In this document: in pieces, positions 19,622 to 29,637 of the stretch
How the letters are laid out: the number at the start of each line of letters is the position of its first letter
Position numbering within the stretch: the stretch's first letter is position 1
Assembly: GCA_963663225.1 (NCBI GenBank)
Contig: OY760142.1
Location: 1,856,001-1,920,000 of the forward strand
Direction of reading: 5' to 3'
Origin: Nitrospirota bacterium
Lineage (GTDB): Bacteria > Nitrospirota > UBA9217
Length of the DNA: 64,000 nt
Made by a program: the position numbers and the translations under genes
Notes under the pieces: generated by a model
Seen by the model: the letters and a program-made list of their open reading frames with translations, nothing else
What the model was told of the DNA's origin: nothing
Databases searched by the model: none

Positions 19622-20467
19622 ATGCATAAAACGGCTGCTGTGCTTAGTGCCTATGTTTGCACCCTAGTTCTTTTGGCGGGTTGTGCCTCAGCAAACTTGA
19701 AAAACACAACCGCATTGAATGATAGCGGCTACACGGTTGTCATTATCGGAGGTTCAAACAGCACTCCGACACAACTGGAGTTGCTACACAAGAACTTTCC
19801 CGGATCTGTCGTGATAATACCTGAAATATACTATCCTTTGTGGTTGGGATCTGATGCTGTTTTGCGGAAGCTCAGAGAAAAAGGCATTACAGGAAAATTA
19901 GTGCTCATTGGGCATTCTTGGGGTGGTCTTATTGCACGCGAGATTGATGGAGAACATCCGAATCTGGCTAAGGCTGTTGTGACAATCGCGACACCGTGCG
20001 GGAACTTCAGGTATACTCCGGATGCCCTTTCGGGCATGGTGATACGGCCGCAAGACAGCAACAGTAGAACGCCGTTGTACATCATCGGAGCCTACAGGGA
20101 GGATGCAGCGAAAAGATGGTGGATGACCACGGAAAAATCAGACGGAGTGGTAGATATCGCATCAGTAATGGCAATGGGAGAAAGAGCCGTCAACGGTTCT
20201 ACGGTCTTGGAAAAGGAGCATAACGAGCTTTTACAGGATGCCGGTGTAATTATGCAAATTAAAAAATGGCTTTCGCAGACAGAGGACGACGAGCTGATTG
20301 CCCGGGAAGTTGAGGTTGCAAAGCCGATTCTTAACAATCGCAAAGTGGCGCTTTTACGCTGGTCTTTTATGACGGGGTTCTTTCACACGATTTTATTAGA
20401 TTTATTGTATAAAGAATGTGACATGGGTTTTTACTGTGAGAATGAAAATTCAACCAAGAAAAACTGA
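19622..20467 (+). CDS. Alpha/beta hydrolase lipoprotein
   Basis: Lipobox LAGC; GHSWGG nucleophile elbow; SDGVV; His in KEHNEL. Confidence 0.8.
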   Translation: MHKTAAVLSAYVCTLVLLAGCASANLKNTTALNDSGYTVVIIGGSNSTPTQLELLHKNFPGSVVIIPEIYYPLWLGSDAVLRKLREKGITGKLVLIGHSWGGLIAREIDGEHPNLAKAVVTIATPCGNFRYTPDALSGMVIRPQDSNSRTPLYIIGAYREDAAKRWWMTTEKSDGVVDIASVMAMGERAVNGSTVLEKEHNELLQDAGVIMQIKKWLSQTEDDELIAREVEVAKPILNNRKVALLRWSFMTGFFHTILLDLLYKECDMGFYCENENSTKKN

Positions 20468-20556
20468 ATTAACTATTGTTATTCATACGTGGAATCTGTT
20501 GTTATAAGATTATTTTAATGCAACTCCAAACGAGCCACTACTAAAAGGGAGGTTTT

Positions 20557-20982
20557 ATGAAACTGGGAAGATGGTCTATGGCAATTATCGTTGCAGTTAT
20601 TTTTGCAGGGTGCAGTACCTCTGCTAGTTTCAAGCTTCCTCCAAACACTGACTTAATGATTAGCGACGAACGTGTGGTTTTCCAATCTAAGGATGAAGCA
20701 GGGTATCCAGAATTTAAGCGGACGCCTTTTTTCTGGACCTCACTTATGGGTATTGACTACGCGCTTATTCAGGATGGCAAAATTATAAAAAAAGACAGAT
20801 TGCCCGCGAGATTTAGAGTCATCTCGGTCTTCTTCCCGCCATACGCATTAATTTATTGGCCATTGGGTTTTAAGTTAAAATGCTATGACCTTTCGGATAT
20901 CAAAAAGGAGTTTATAGAAGAGTGTTCTACCTCTGAACAGATGGTTTCTAAGAGCACAGCTACAACAAATATAACTAAATAA
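20557..20982 (+). CDS. Hypothetical lipoprotein
   Basis: GGAGG RBS; lipobox FAGC. Confidence 0.75.
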   Translation: MKLGRWSMAIIVAVIFAGCSTSASFKLPPNTDLMISDERVVFQSKDEAGYPEFKRTPFFWTSLMGIDYALIQDGKIIKKDRLPARFRVISVFFPPYALIYWPLGFKLKCYDLSDIKKEFIEECSTSEQMVSKSTATTNITK

Positions 20983-21029
20983 CATCAGGGCATAATAATT
21001 AAAATAGTAGCGTTTTAATAGGAGGCACC

Positions 21030-21632
21030 GTGAAAATTAAAGTATGTTAATTATTATCGTTGCGACATCCTTGTTTGGCTGTTATGTTCCAACAATTGAC
21101 AAACAAGTAGATCGCCTTATGCCATCTCGATAACAAAAAAGACCAAGCAAATAGCGATTAGTAAAATAACGAACTCTATAGAAACCGCAAGGTATATTGG
21201 CTTAAATTACGGAGGAGTTGCTTGTCTTCTCTGCGACTCGATAACTTGGCGAAATGCTGGAAAAATTGACTATCAGAGGTTGGCAGATATTGCCAGAAAA
21301 AAATGACAGATAATAACTACAATTTGATTGGGAGCGCATATTCTCCTTTTAACGAAAAATATAATAGGCAATCTCAGTATCTGCTTGAAGGAATAATATT
21401 CGATGTGGCAATGAATACATGCGATATTAATAAAAAAAAGAAAGGTATTGCATTTGTAAAAGTTAATTGGGAACTTTTTGATCAAAAAATAAAAAATATT
21501 ACTTTGACTTTTTCAAGTGAAGGGGTTGCAATGGTAGATAGCTTTTCAAATATCGGTGGTGATTTTTTGATTGAAAAAGCATTTTCGATGGCTGTAGATA
21601 ATATGTTAGCCAATCAGAAGTTTTATGATTAG
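21030..21632 (+). pseudogene. Frameshifted lipoprotein gene
   Basis: AGGAGG-GTG start; LFGC lipobox in a shifted frame; further frame breaks near 21130 and 21300 before the 21303-21632 ORF. Confidence 0.5.
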
Positions 21633-21948
21633 CTGGTAAATCTTGAAGAAAAATAAAATATGCGCAGGGTTGCCGCGCTGCTGCTGACTATATCTGACTT
21701 ATAGAACCTTAAAGGACTGAAATGAGTAGAATGATATAACTACTTGATTGTGCGAAACTATTGTTTTTGCCAAAAACACCCGGCATCATTGACATCGCCG
21801 AGTAATCAGTATATATTGTGTAACACAATCTTGCAATAATTAGCACTCGCTAAGAAAACTACCTTGCTTTGCGCTCATTTTGCGGTTCTCAGTATTAATT
21901 CTACTCAATATATGGTGGATAACTTGTTAAGAAAGATATGAGGTAACT

Positions 21949-22704
21949 ATGGGACTCAAAAAAGTTATACGCAAACTTACTGGCAAAGGTAAAGAGCCGA
22001 AAGTTGAATATTGCCAGGATGGTTTACAGACCATTCACAATCACGACTTCATGAAGGACCCTTCGTTCCTCAAAGCGTATGAGCGGGGCTGCCGCGCTGC
22101 TGCTGACTATAATTGGCACTGGCGTGTTCACATTGGATTGTGGGCTGCCTTCACTGCTAGCAAACTTCAGGGGGATTTTGTTGAATGCGGAGTGAACCGT
22201 GGTTTCCTCAGCTCAGCTATCATGGAATTCCTTAATTGGGATTCTCTGAACAGAACCTTCTATTTGCTTGACACTTTCGAGGGACTGGATAAGCGCTATG
22301 TTTCGCATGAGGACCACAAATCTGGCGCGATAGAGAAGTACGAATCTTTATTGGAAGACGGGTTTTACGTCCTAGGGGTTGAGTCCGTTAAGGCCAATTT
22401 CTCCCAATGGAAGAACATACGGATAATTCAGGGAAGTATTCCAGAAACGCTTAAACAAGTTGAGACAAAACATGTCGCCTATCTTCATATTGACATGAAT
22501 TGCTCACCACCAGAAATTGCGGCGATAAATTTTTTCTGGGATATCCTGCTTCCAGGAGGTATCGTCCTCCTGGATGATTACGCATATCGTGGCTATGAAG
22601 CGCAGAAATATGCGATGGATGATTTTGCAAAAGCACACAATGTAATGTTCGCATCTCTTCCAACCGGACAGGGGCTTCTCGTAAAACCGCCGGTGAAAGT
22701 ATAA
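21949..22704 (+). CDS. TylF/MycF/NovP-family O-methyltransferase
   Basis: GDFVECGVNRG, LLDTFEG, YLHIDMN, GGIVLLDDY. Confidence 0.88.
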   Translation: MGLKKVIRKLTGKGKEPKVEYCQDGLQTIHNHDFMKDPSFLKAYERGCRAAADYNWHWRVHIGLWAAFTASKLQGDFVECGVNRGFLSSAIMEFLNWDSLNRTFYLLDTFEGLDKRYVSHEDHKSGAIEKYESLLEDGFYVLGVESVKANFSQWKNIRIIQGSIPETLKQVETKHVAYLHIDMNCSPPEIAAINFFWDILLPGGIVLLDDYAYRGYEAQKYAMDDFAKAHNVMFASLPTGQGLLVKPPVKV

Positions 22705-22931
22705 CCGCGATCTGCACGAGAGAATCTATCGTCAATGGATTAGTGCTGAGATGGTTTACGCGTGCTTGTTCTTTTATAAAAACGTAGCATAAACGTAGCA
22801 GAATTTGACTTATTAGGCCTTAAAGGACAGAAAATACCGAAATGGTTGGAATGGTTTAACTGGTTGATTGTATAGTAAAAAGTAAAAAAATGCAGGTAAG
22901 AGGCCTAGTTAGTAAAACTGCCAATTTACAA

Positions 22932-22976
22932 CTTTCACGGCGATAAAAGGGGTTCGAATACTCCAGGGGACGCCAA
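22932..22976 (+). repeat. Degenerate third att copy
   Basis: 40/45 identity to tRNA-Glu 3' end, followed by 38 bp identical to 9913-9950. Confidence 0.88.
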
Positions 22977-23035
22977 TCTTTCAAAGAGTTACGGCATTTG
23001 CTGTAACTCTTTTTTTTGAATTTGATAACATCCCT

Positions 23036-23204
23036 CTAGCTCTTCTCAAGTTGGCTGATTGCGCTGGCAAGGTGCTTCGGACCGATATGCGCGTATCTTA
23101 TGGCCCATGAGGTCGGCCAGAGTATCCAGATCCACTCCCGCCTGTCTGTTCCATGAAGCGATGCAATGCCGCAGATCGTGGAATCTGGAATGCTGGATTT
23201 CCGC
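23036..23204 (-). pseudogene. Integrase C-terminal remnant closely related to the island 1 integrase
   Basis: AEIQHSRFHDLRHCIASWNRQAGVDLDTLADLMGHK, frameshifting deletion, then RYAHIGPKHLASAISQLEKS*. Confidence 0.9.
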
Positions 23205-23544
23205 AATCAAGGATGCATTCCTACTTCATACCCAGATAATGCTTGCCAACAGGGTATTTCAAGAGAAAAGAATAGTAAATATGATACAAAAAGTATGAAA
23301 TATGTATAAAAAAATATAAGTTATTACAATAATTATTTGTTGACATTCTGGGGGGACGCTGTTATCTTCTCATTAGTTATGCATGCTGTCCGTAGGTTTT
23401 TCGTTTGCTCATTAAAGTTTTTTTCGACATGAAAGATGTAGGTTACTCGGTTATTATGACTGATTTCGAAATGCCAGTTGTTTCGGTAAGACGGTTGTTC
23501 GTATCTTGATCAGTCATTTTGGGTAATTCAGGTTAGTTTTAATA

Positions 23545-23931
23545 ATGAGTGGTTTTCAGAGAAATACATCTCACCAAAAAAACGCCGCAAATAATAAAAT
23601 ATCTACCGTATTACTAAAGCCGTCGGTACAGATTTTTTTTATTGTCCCCGTTGTTGTTTTTGCCGGCACATTTGCCGACTTAAGGCTGCTTTATTTATTT
23701 TTTGGAATATGGGTTTGTACTTTGATAAGCTATGGATTGTCTCTTTTGATACTCAGTCTGTTGCCATCATATGTGCTTGAGTTGCATCCAAGGTTGAACC
23801 CCTATATAAAAAAATTTTTAAATACCGCTTCAATATTGCTCTACGGTGGAATTTTAGGATTTCTTTATCTGTGGTTATATGTTGAACTGAAAATACCCGG
23901 TTTCGAGTTATTGCAAAAATTAGAAATATAA
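23545..23931 (+). CDS. Hypothetical membrane protein
   Basis: 128 aa with three hydrophobic segments. Confidence 0.55.
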   Translation: MSGFQRNTSHQKNAANNKISTVLLKPSVQIFFIVPVVVFAGTFADLRLLYLFFGIWVCTLISYGLSLLILSLLPSYVLELHPRLNPYIKKFLNTASILLYGGILGFLYLWLYVELKIPGFELLQKLEI

Positions 23932-23967
23932 AACGAAATCATTTTGAGTTAAGCAAACTCTTTCATT

Positions 23968-24705
23968 CTATGAGCCAGATTGCACGCTGTTTTCTTTGAG
24001 ACGGATTTCAACCCTTCTGTTCCTGGCTCTATTGTCCTGTGTATCATTCTGTACAAGCGGTTTCTGGTCAGCATTGCCCTTAACAGAAAGACGTGAAGGA
24101 TCTATTTCGTGGCGCATGATGAAATATTTCAGCACATTCGTTGCCCGCGCGACGGACAGTTCCCAGTTCGATGGATACTTGTGGGTTCGGATCGGGACAT
24201 TGTCTGTATGCCCTTCTATTTCAACCTGAAATAAAGGATGCTGTTGAATGATGAGGGCAATGTTGTCGAGGATTGGTTCAGAGCTCTGCAGGGGTTCAGC
24301 TTCACCCGGCCGAAAAGTGACTTTTTCTTTCATGGAGATAACAACTTCTTTGTCCGCGGCGTGAACAAAAACCTCATTTTCCAACTCCAGCCGTTTTATG
24401 TCTGCATTCATTTCCTCAACCATTTTCTTCTGAATTGTGGCGGCAGTATCCTGGTCGCCTGAGAGTGCAGACGTTTCATGTGGGTTCGGCCTGGATTCTT
24501 TTGGTACAGTCGCTCCGGCGTTCCTTGTCATGACCGTAAATACCACAAAGAGCAAAAGCAGCAATGAAAGAACATCACTGAGAGTAATAAGCCAGTTGCT
24601 GTCAAAATCGTTTAGGACTGATAAACCCTGCTTTCTAAGAGTTTTTAATCGAAATGGCTGCATGATCTGTGCTTCGAGTATCTTTTCTTTTTGGTTTTCT
24701 TCCAT
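23968..24705 (-). CDS. motB: MotB/PomB-like stator protein with OmpA-like domain
   Basis: WLITLSDVLSLLL TM with conserved Asp; IEGHTDN, SNWELSVARA, NRRVEI. Confidence 0.85.
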   Translation of the reverse strand: MEENQKEKILEAQIMQPFRLKTLRKQGLSVLNDFDSNWLITLSDVLSLLLLLFVVFTVMTRNAGATVPKESRPNPHETSALSGDQDTAATIQKKMVEEMNADIKRLELENEVFVHAADKEVVISMKEKVTFRPGEAEPLQSSEPILDNIALIIQQHPLFQVEIEGHTDNVPIRTHKYPSNWELSVARATNVLKYFIMRHEIDPSRLSVKGNADQKPLVQNDTQDNRARNRRVEIRLKENSVQSGS

Positions 24706-24732
24706 GCTGCTTTCTCCGTATCTGGTACAGTA

Positions 24733-25542
24733 TTATGCTGAATGCACGGTCAGTCCTGCCCGTGACAACACGAGGTCCACGTTCATCTTTGTACGACCCA
24801 AAACATTCCCCTCATAATTTCCGCTAATTCGTTCCTCGACGTATAATGGGTTTTGCCATTCATTCATTGATATGATGCCTTCTATAATGCCTTGCATAAT
24901 TTCCTCAGACTGGATAGTGCGCTCTTCCAGTTTCGCACAGATTGGAAGAACAAAAAGATTCGATATGATCACTCCGTAGAATGTAGACATCATTGCGACA
25001 GCCATAAGAGGTACGACATCATCTATCGACTGACTGATCTTGAATATTTTAATGAGGCTGATCACGGTCCCGGCGAGGCCGAGGGAAGGAGTAAGCCGTG
25101 CAATGGTTTTTAAAACATTCTGGCTGAAATGATAGTCTGTTATCCGGGTTGTCATTTCTCGTTCCATGGCGGTTCTTATATCTCTGCTGGTCCGATGGCT
25201 GATTAAAAGGTTCATTCCCAGCCGCAGGAATTCGTCCTTGATTGCTCGTATTTTTCTTTCCAGTCCACGGATGTCTGCTTTTCTTGACGTGCGTGCCAAG
25301 TCGAGCATTTCTTTCGCCAGTTCCTGCCTGTCTTTCATTGGATGAAATGAATCGAGTACGTCCGCAAAAGTCTTTTTCAATCGGCGAATCGAGAAGCCTA
25401 AAAAAAGCGCAATAATTGTTCCTCCTCCAACGATCATTAATGCATCTATATTAAAAATCATAGTTAGTCCGATGTTTCGGAATATCGTTGCAGAAAACAG
25501 TACAAGTGCAGTAAGAAAAAAAATAACTATGAACGAATACAT
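24733..25542 (-). CDS. motA: MotA/PomA-like stator protein
   Basis: ALMIVGGGT, PSLGLAGTVISL, STFYGVIISNLFVLPI. Confidence 0.85.
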   Translation of the reverse strand: MYSFIVIFFLTALVLFSATIFRNIGLTMIFNIDALMIVGGGTIIALFLGFSIRRLKKTFADVLDSFHPMKDRQELAKEMLDLARTSRKADIRGLERKIRAIKDEFLRLGMNLLISHRTSRDIRTAMEREMTTRITDYHFSQNVLKTIARLTPSLGLAGTVISLIKIFKISQSIDDVVPLMAVAMMSTFYGVIISNLFVLPICAKLEERTIQSEEIMQGIIEGIISMNEWQNPLYVEERISGNYEGNVLGRTKMNVDLVLSRAGLTVHSA

Positions 25543-25932
25543 AGTTTCTTCTCCCGGTAGTTAAATTATTAATCAAAACGAGATTTTTAACGCAATATTG
25601 ATGCCAAGGATGCATCTAAACGAAGCGGTTGTTATTGCAGGAATTTTGTTTATGGTTATTTATAGCGTAGACCGGTACAGAGGCAAAATGCGAAAAACAG
25701 GGAGAAAATTTTGCCTGACAGGCAAGGTTTTCCTAATAGAGTTAACCGTAAATAGAGATTTAAGAAGTTGGTGGGAGAGAATTACTAATTTGAATCATAA
25801 TGCCATGTCATCAACGGTATAAAGCGTCACCAGCTGATAATTGCATTGTTACAGATTACATTTACCCAGAGAGAAATGTTCATTTTTTGATGAATTTCTT
25901 TCTTATCTCGTGACCATTCCATTTCTCCACAA

Positions 25933-25965
25933 AGAATCCGCAGGCTCCTGCGGATGGGACTCCAC
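25933..25965 (+). repeat. Partial copy of dispersed hairpin repeat
   Basis: ATCCGCAGGCTCCTGCGGAT hairpin plus GGGACTCCAC, resembling the 3' end of 53513-53624. Confidence 0.4.
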
Positions 25966-26239
25966 GTATCCTCGTACGGAAAGAACAGAGCAAAACGACA
26001 ATCCTACTGTTGTGCTGAATGCAGTCAGATCTAATATTGCAAAGCCGCCCATGTATATCACGTTGCTGCATAATTGCTCTTAATGCAACTTTATGCTAAC
26101 ATGAAATAGCATCCTTTATTTAAAGCATAATCCTGAACAAATACCTCAGTTATAGAATATTGTTTATTATCATTCGGTTATAAGTCCAATTTTATGAAGG
26201 TTGTACAAACGGTTAATCAAAACTGAAAGCACTCAACTT

Positions 26240-29200
26240 ATGGAATATAAACTTGAAGAACTGATAGATATCAAGCATTTCCAATCGCTGCTGGACCGAT
26301 TAAACGAAATATATTTCTTTCCTTCCGCGATTGTCGATAATGAGGGGAATATCCTTACCACCACGGCGTGGCAAGACATCTGTACGAAATTTCACAGAAA
26401 AAACAAAATATCTGAGCTTGAATGCATTAAGAGCGACCAGTATATTCTCTGTCATCTTGCTGAAGCTAACCCCGCCGTAATCTACCGTTGTCCTCATGGT
26501 CTCATAGAAAGCGCTACCCCCCTGATCATAGATGGAAAACACCTGGGAAACTTTTTCACCGGACAATTTTTCCTTGAAAAACCGGATCTGGCTTTCTTTA
26601 AGAAACAAGCCGTGAAATATGGATTTGACGAAGAGCAATATCTGGAAGCCGTACGGAATGTGCCTATCTGGACGCAACAAAAGCTGGATCAGTACCTTTT
26701 CTTTGTTAAAGGGTTGATTGCGGTAATAGCCAAAACAGGGCTTAGGACTCTGCAAGAAATTGAGTCGAATAGAAAGATCTGGGAGAGCAAAGATCAGCAC
26801 AGGGCCGTTATCCAGATGGCCAGTGAAGGATTTTGGACGCTTGATCTGCAGGGGCGTTTTTTACAGGTCAATGAAGCCTACTGCAGGATGAGCGGCTACA
26901 GCGTCCAGGAATTACTGAGTATGAGCATATCGGATGTCGAAGCAAAAGAGAGTCCTGCCGACACTGCTGCGCATATCAAGACGGTAATGGCTGAGGGGCA
27001 GGCCAGATTTGAGACGAAGCACCGACGAAAAGACGGCACTGTCTATGACCTAGAAGTCAGCACACAGTACCAGGCCGGTAGGGAAGGACGGTTTGTAACG
27101 TTTCTCCACGATATCACGGAAAAAAAGCGGTCGGAAGAGGCACTCAGGGTGAGCGAAGAAAAATTCAGAAAAGTTTTTTTTGCCAGCGCTGATTCCATTA
27201 ATATCAACCGGCTCGAGGACGGCATGTATGTTTCCATCAACCATGGATTTACCGCGATGACCGGTTTTACAGAGGCCGACGTCATCGGCAAAACTTCCTT
27301 GGAGTTGAATATCTGGGTTGATCCGGCAGATCGCATGAATGTCATAAGGCAATTACGGGAGAATGGAGAGGTCAAAAACTACGAGGCGTTGTTCCGCGCA
27401 AAAGATGGACGAATTCTCACAGGACTGATGTCCGCCAGGATCGTCGAAATCGATCACGTGTTGTACAATGCCAGTATTACCCGAGACATTACTGAATATA
27501 AAGCCCACGTGATAGAAATCGAGCGTCTGAACCGGCTTTACTCGGTATTGAGCCACATCAATCAAACCGTTGTTAAAGTTCAGTCGCAACAAGAGCTCTT
27601 TTCCGAAGTCTGCCGCGTTTTGGTGGAATACGGCGGACTTAAGCAGGCTTGGATCGGATGGCATGATCCGGCAAATCATCGGGTGCTGGTCGTTGCACAG
27701 TGCGGTGATGAAACCGGATATCTAAAAAATATATGTGTTTATGCCGATGACAGACCCGAAGGCTGCGGTCCGACCGGTACTGCCATGAAAGATGGGAAAC
27801 CCTTCGTCAGCAATGATTTTCTCAATGACACGCGCACGCTGCCCTGGCGCAAAGCAGCTGCTCTTACTTCGTGGCGTTCCGCGGCGGCGTTTCCCATCCG
27901 TTTTGAGAATGAAGTGCGCTATGCATTGACGGTGTATGCGCCTGAAAAAGATTATTTCGGAGACCGTGAAGTATTGCAGCTCGAAGAGATTGCTGCGACC
28001 GTGTCGTTCGGCCTTGACACGCTTAAAAACGAAGTGCAGAAAAATGAAAATGAAAAACGTTACAGAATGCTGTTTGAGTCCATGACGAACGGGTTTGCCT
28101 TGCATGAGATTATCTGTGACGAACAGAAGAATCCCCGCGATTATCGGTTTCTGGAAGTGAATCCCGCGTTTGAGAACCTGACGGGATTAAAAGCCTCGGA
28201 CGTCATCGGAAAAACCGTGTTTGAAGTATTGCCGGATATAGAAAAATGGTGGATAGAAACCTATGGCAGGGTCGCCCTAACCGGCAAATCAGAACATTTC
28301 ACGAAATTCGATAAGAACCTTGAACGTTGCTATGAAATTATGGCATACTCTCCGCAGCCCGGTCGATTTGCTGCCATTATTACAGACGTTACGGAAAAGG
28401 AAAAAATGGAGGATCAGCTTCGCCAGTCCCAGAAGCTTGAATCGCTTGGTGCCCTCGCGGGGGGCATTGCCCATGATTTCAACAATATACTTACTGCCAT
28501 CATAGGATACGCGAATATAGCCCAGATCCAGATGCCGGAGGACGACCCAAGACGCCTGAACATCGAGCACATACTCGATGCCTCCAATCATGCTGCAAAT
28601 CTGACGAAAGACCTCCTTTTATTCAGCCGTAAGCAGCAGAGCGCAAAGCAAACCGTGGATTTGAATCAAATCGTCAAAAAAGTAGAACGATTTCTGAAGC
28701 GGATCATAGGCGAGGACATAGAATGCCGGATATCGCTCTACGCGAACGTGGTGCCGGTTCTCGCCGACGGTCATCAACTTGAGCAGGTCTTGATAAATCT
28801 CGCATCAAATGCCCGAGACGCTATGCCGGGAGGAGGCACCCTTGCCATCACAACGGAGCAGGTGCAGTTGAATGACGGCACCCTTTCCGTGAGAGGTGAT
28901 ATCAGGCCCGGCAAATATGTATTGCTCACGGTATCGGACACAGGCATGGGAATGGATGAAACCACAAGGAAACGCATTTTCGAACCGTTTTTCACGACTA
29001 AAAATGTGGGCAAAGGCACAGGCCTGGGGCTGGCAGTAGTGTACGGAATTATTAAACAGCACGAAGGCTTCATCAATGTGTACAGCGAGCCTGGCCATGG
29101 TACGATGTTTAAAATATATTTACCGGCCATGGTGCTGGACAGGGAACAGGCGGAAGCCGAAAAAGCGGCAGAGCCACCTCCCCAAGGAGGCACCGAGACC

Positions 29201-29560
29201 ATTCTGCTAGCGGAAGACAATGAAATGGTCAGAAATCTCAATAAAACGGTGCTCGAAGAGTTCGGTTATAAAGTAATCGAGGCAATTGACGGTGAGAATG
29301 CGGTAAACAGCTTTTTGCAATTCAAAGATACTATCAAACTCCTTGTGTTTGATAGTATTATGCCCAAGAAAACCGGGAAAACGGCGTATGACGAAATCAG
29401 ATCGGTTCGGCCTGATATCAAGATTATTTTTTTGAGCGGGTACGCTCCTGAACTTGTTCGTCAGCGATTTCAGCTTGATGACACTGCTGTTGTCGCCAGC
29501 AAACCAATTTCACCGAAAGAACTTCTAAAACTGGTCCGTTCTACGCTGGATGCCGAATAA
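26240..29560 (+). CDS. Hybrid sensor histidine kinase (PocR-PAS-PAS-GAF-PAS-HisKA-HATPase-REC)
   Basis: PocR CTKFHR..C..YRCPHGL..GQFF; AHDFNN H-box; [14 protein letters not shown]; ETILLAEDN receiver. Confidence 0.92.
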   Translation: MEYKLEELIDIKHFQSLLDRLNEIYFFPSAIVDNEGNILTTTAWQDICTKFHRKNKISELECIKSDQYILCHLAEANPAVIYRCPHGLIESATPLIIDGKHLGNFFTGQFFLEKPDLAFFKKQAVKYGFDEEQYLEAVRNVPIWTQQKLDQYLFFVKGLIAVIAKTGLRTLQEIESNRKIWESKDQHRAVIQMASEGFWTLDLQGRFLQVNEAYCRMSGYSVQELLSMSISDVEAKESPADTAAHIKTVMAEGQARFETKHRRKDGTVYDLEVSTQYQAGREGRFVTFLHDITEKKRSEEALRVSEEKFRKVFFASADSININRLEDGMYVSINHGFTAMTGFTEADVIGKTSLELNIWVDPADRMNVIRQLRENGEVKNYEALFRAKDGRILTGLMSARIVEIDHVLYNASITRDITEYKAHVIEIERLNRLYSVLSHINQTVVKVQSQQELFSEVCRVLVEYGGLKQAWIGWHDPANHRVLVVAQCGDETGYLKNICVYADDRPEGCGPTGTAMKDGKPFVSNDFLNDTRTLPWRKAAALTSWRSAAAFPIRFENEVRYALTVYAPEKDYFGDREVLQLEEIAATVSFGLDTLKNEVQKNENEKRYRMLFESMTNGFALHEIICDEQKNPRDYRFLEVNPAFENLTGLKASDVIGKTVFEVLPDIEKWWIETYGRVALTGKSEHFTKFDKNLERCYEIMAYSPQPGRFAAIITDVTEKEKMEDQLRQSQKLESLGALAGGIAHDFNNILTAIIGYANIAQIQMPEDDPRRLNIEHILDASNHAANLTKDLLLFSRKQQSAKQTVDLNQIVKKVERFLKRIIGEDIECRISLYANVVPVLADGHQLEQVLINLASNARDAMPGGGTLAITTEQVQLNDGTLSVRGDIRPGKYVLLTVSDTGMGMDETTRKRIFEPFFTTKNVGKGTGLGLAVVYGIIKQHEGFINVYSEPGHGTMFKIYLPAMVLDREQAEAEKAAEPPPQGGTETILLAEDNEMVRNLNKTVLEEFGYKVIEAIDGENAVNSFLQFKDTIKLLVFDSIMPKKTGKTAYDEIRSVRPDIKIIFLSGYAPELVRQRFQLDDTAVVASKPISPKELLKLVRSTLDAE

Positions 29561-29637
29561 TACCAAAACATATTATTAGTGAAACAATTGTATGATGAGA
29601 GAGGTATCCCGTCTTCAACGATGCCCAAGGGAGTAAA

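Larger units (their letters stand above)
19248..22976. mobile_element. Decayed island 2 in tandem at the tRNA-Glu att
   Basis: Bounded by att copies, integrase 3' fragment at left end, AAACG(T/C)(A/T)GCA repeat pairs at both ends. Confidence 0.8.

Noticed and set aside
21840-21866. CIRCE element (TTAGCACTC)
   Set aside because: Only the left half-site is present; no GAGTGCTAA 9 bp downstream
23968-25542. Zorya (ZorAB) defence system
   Set aside because: MotA-like protein is 269 aa with canonical stator motifs and no long ZorA tail; no zorC/D/E nearby
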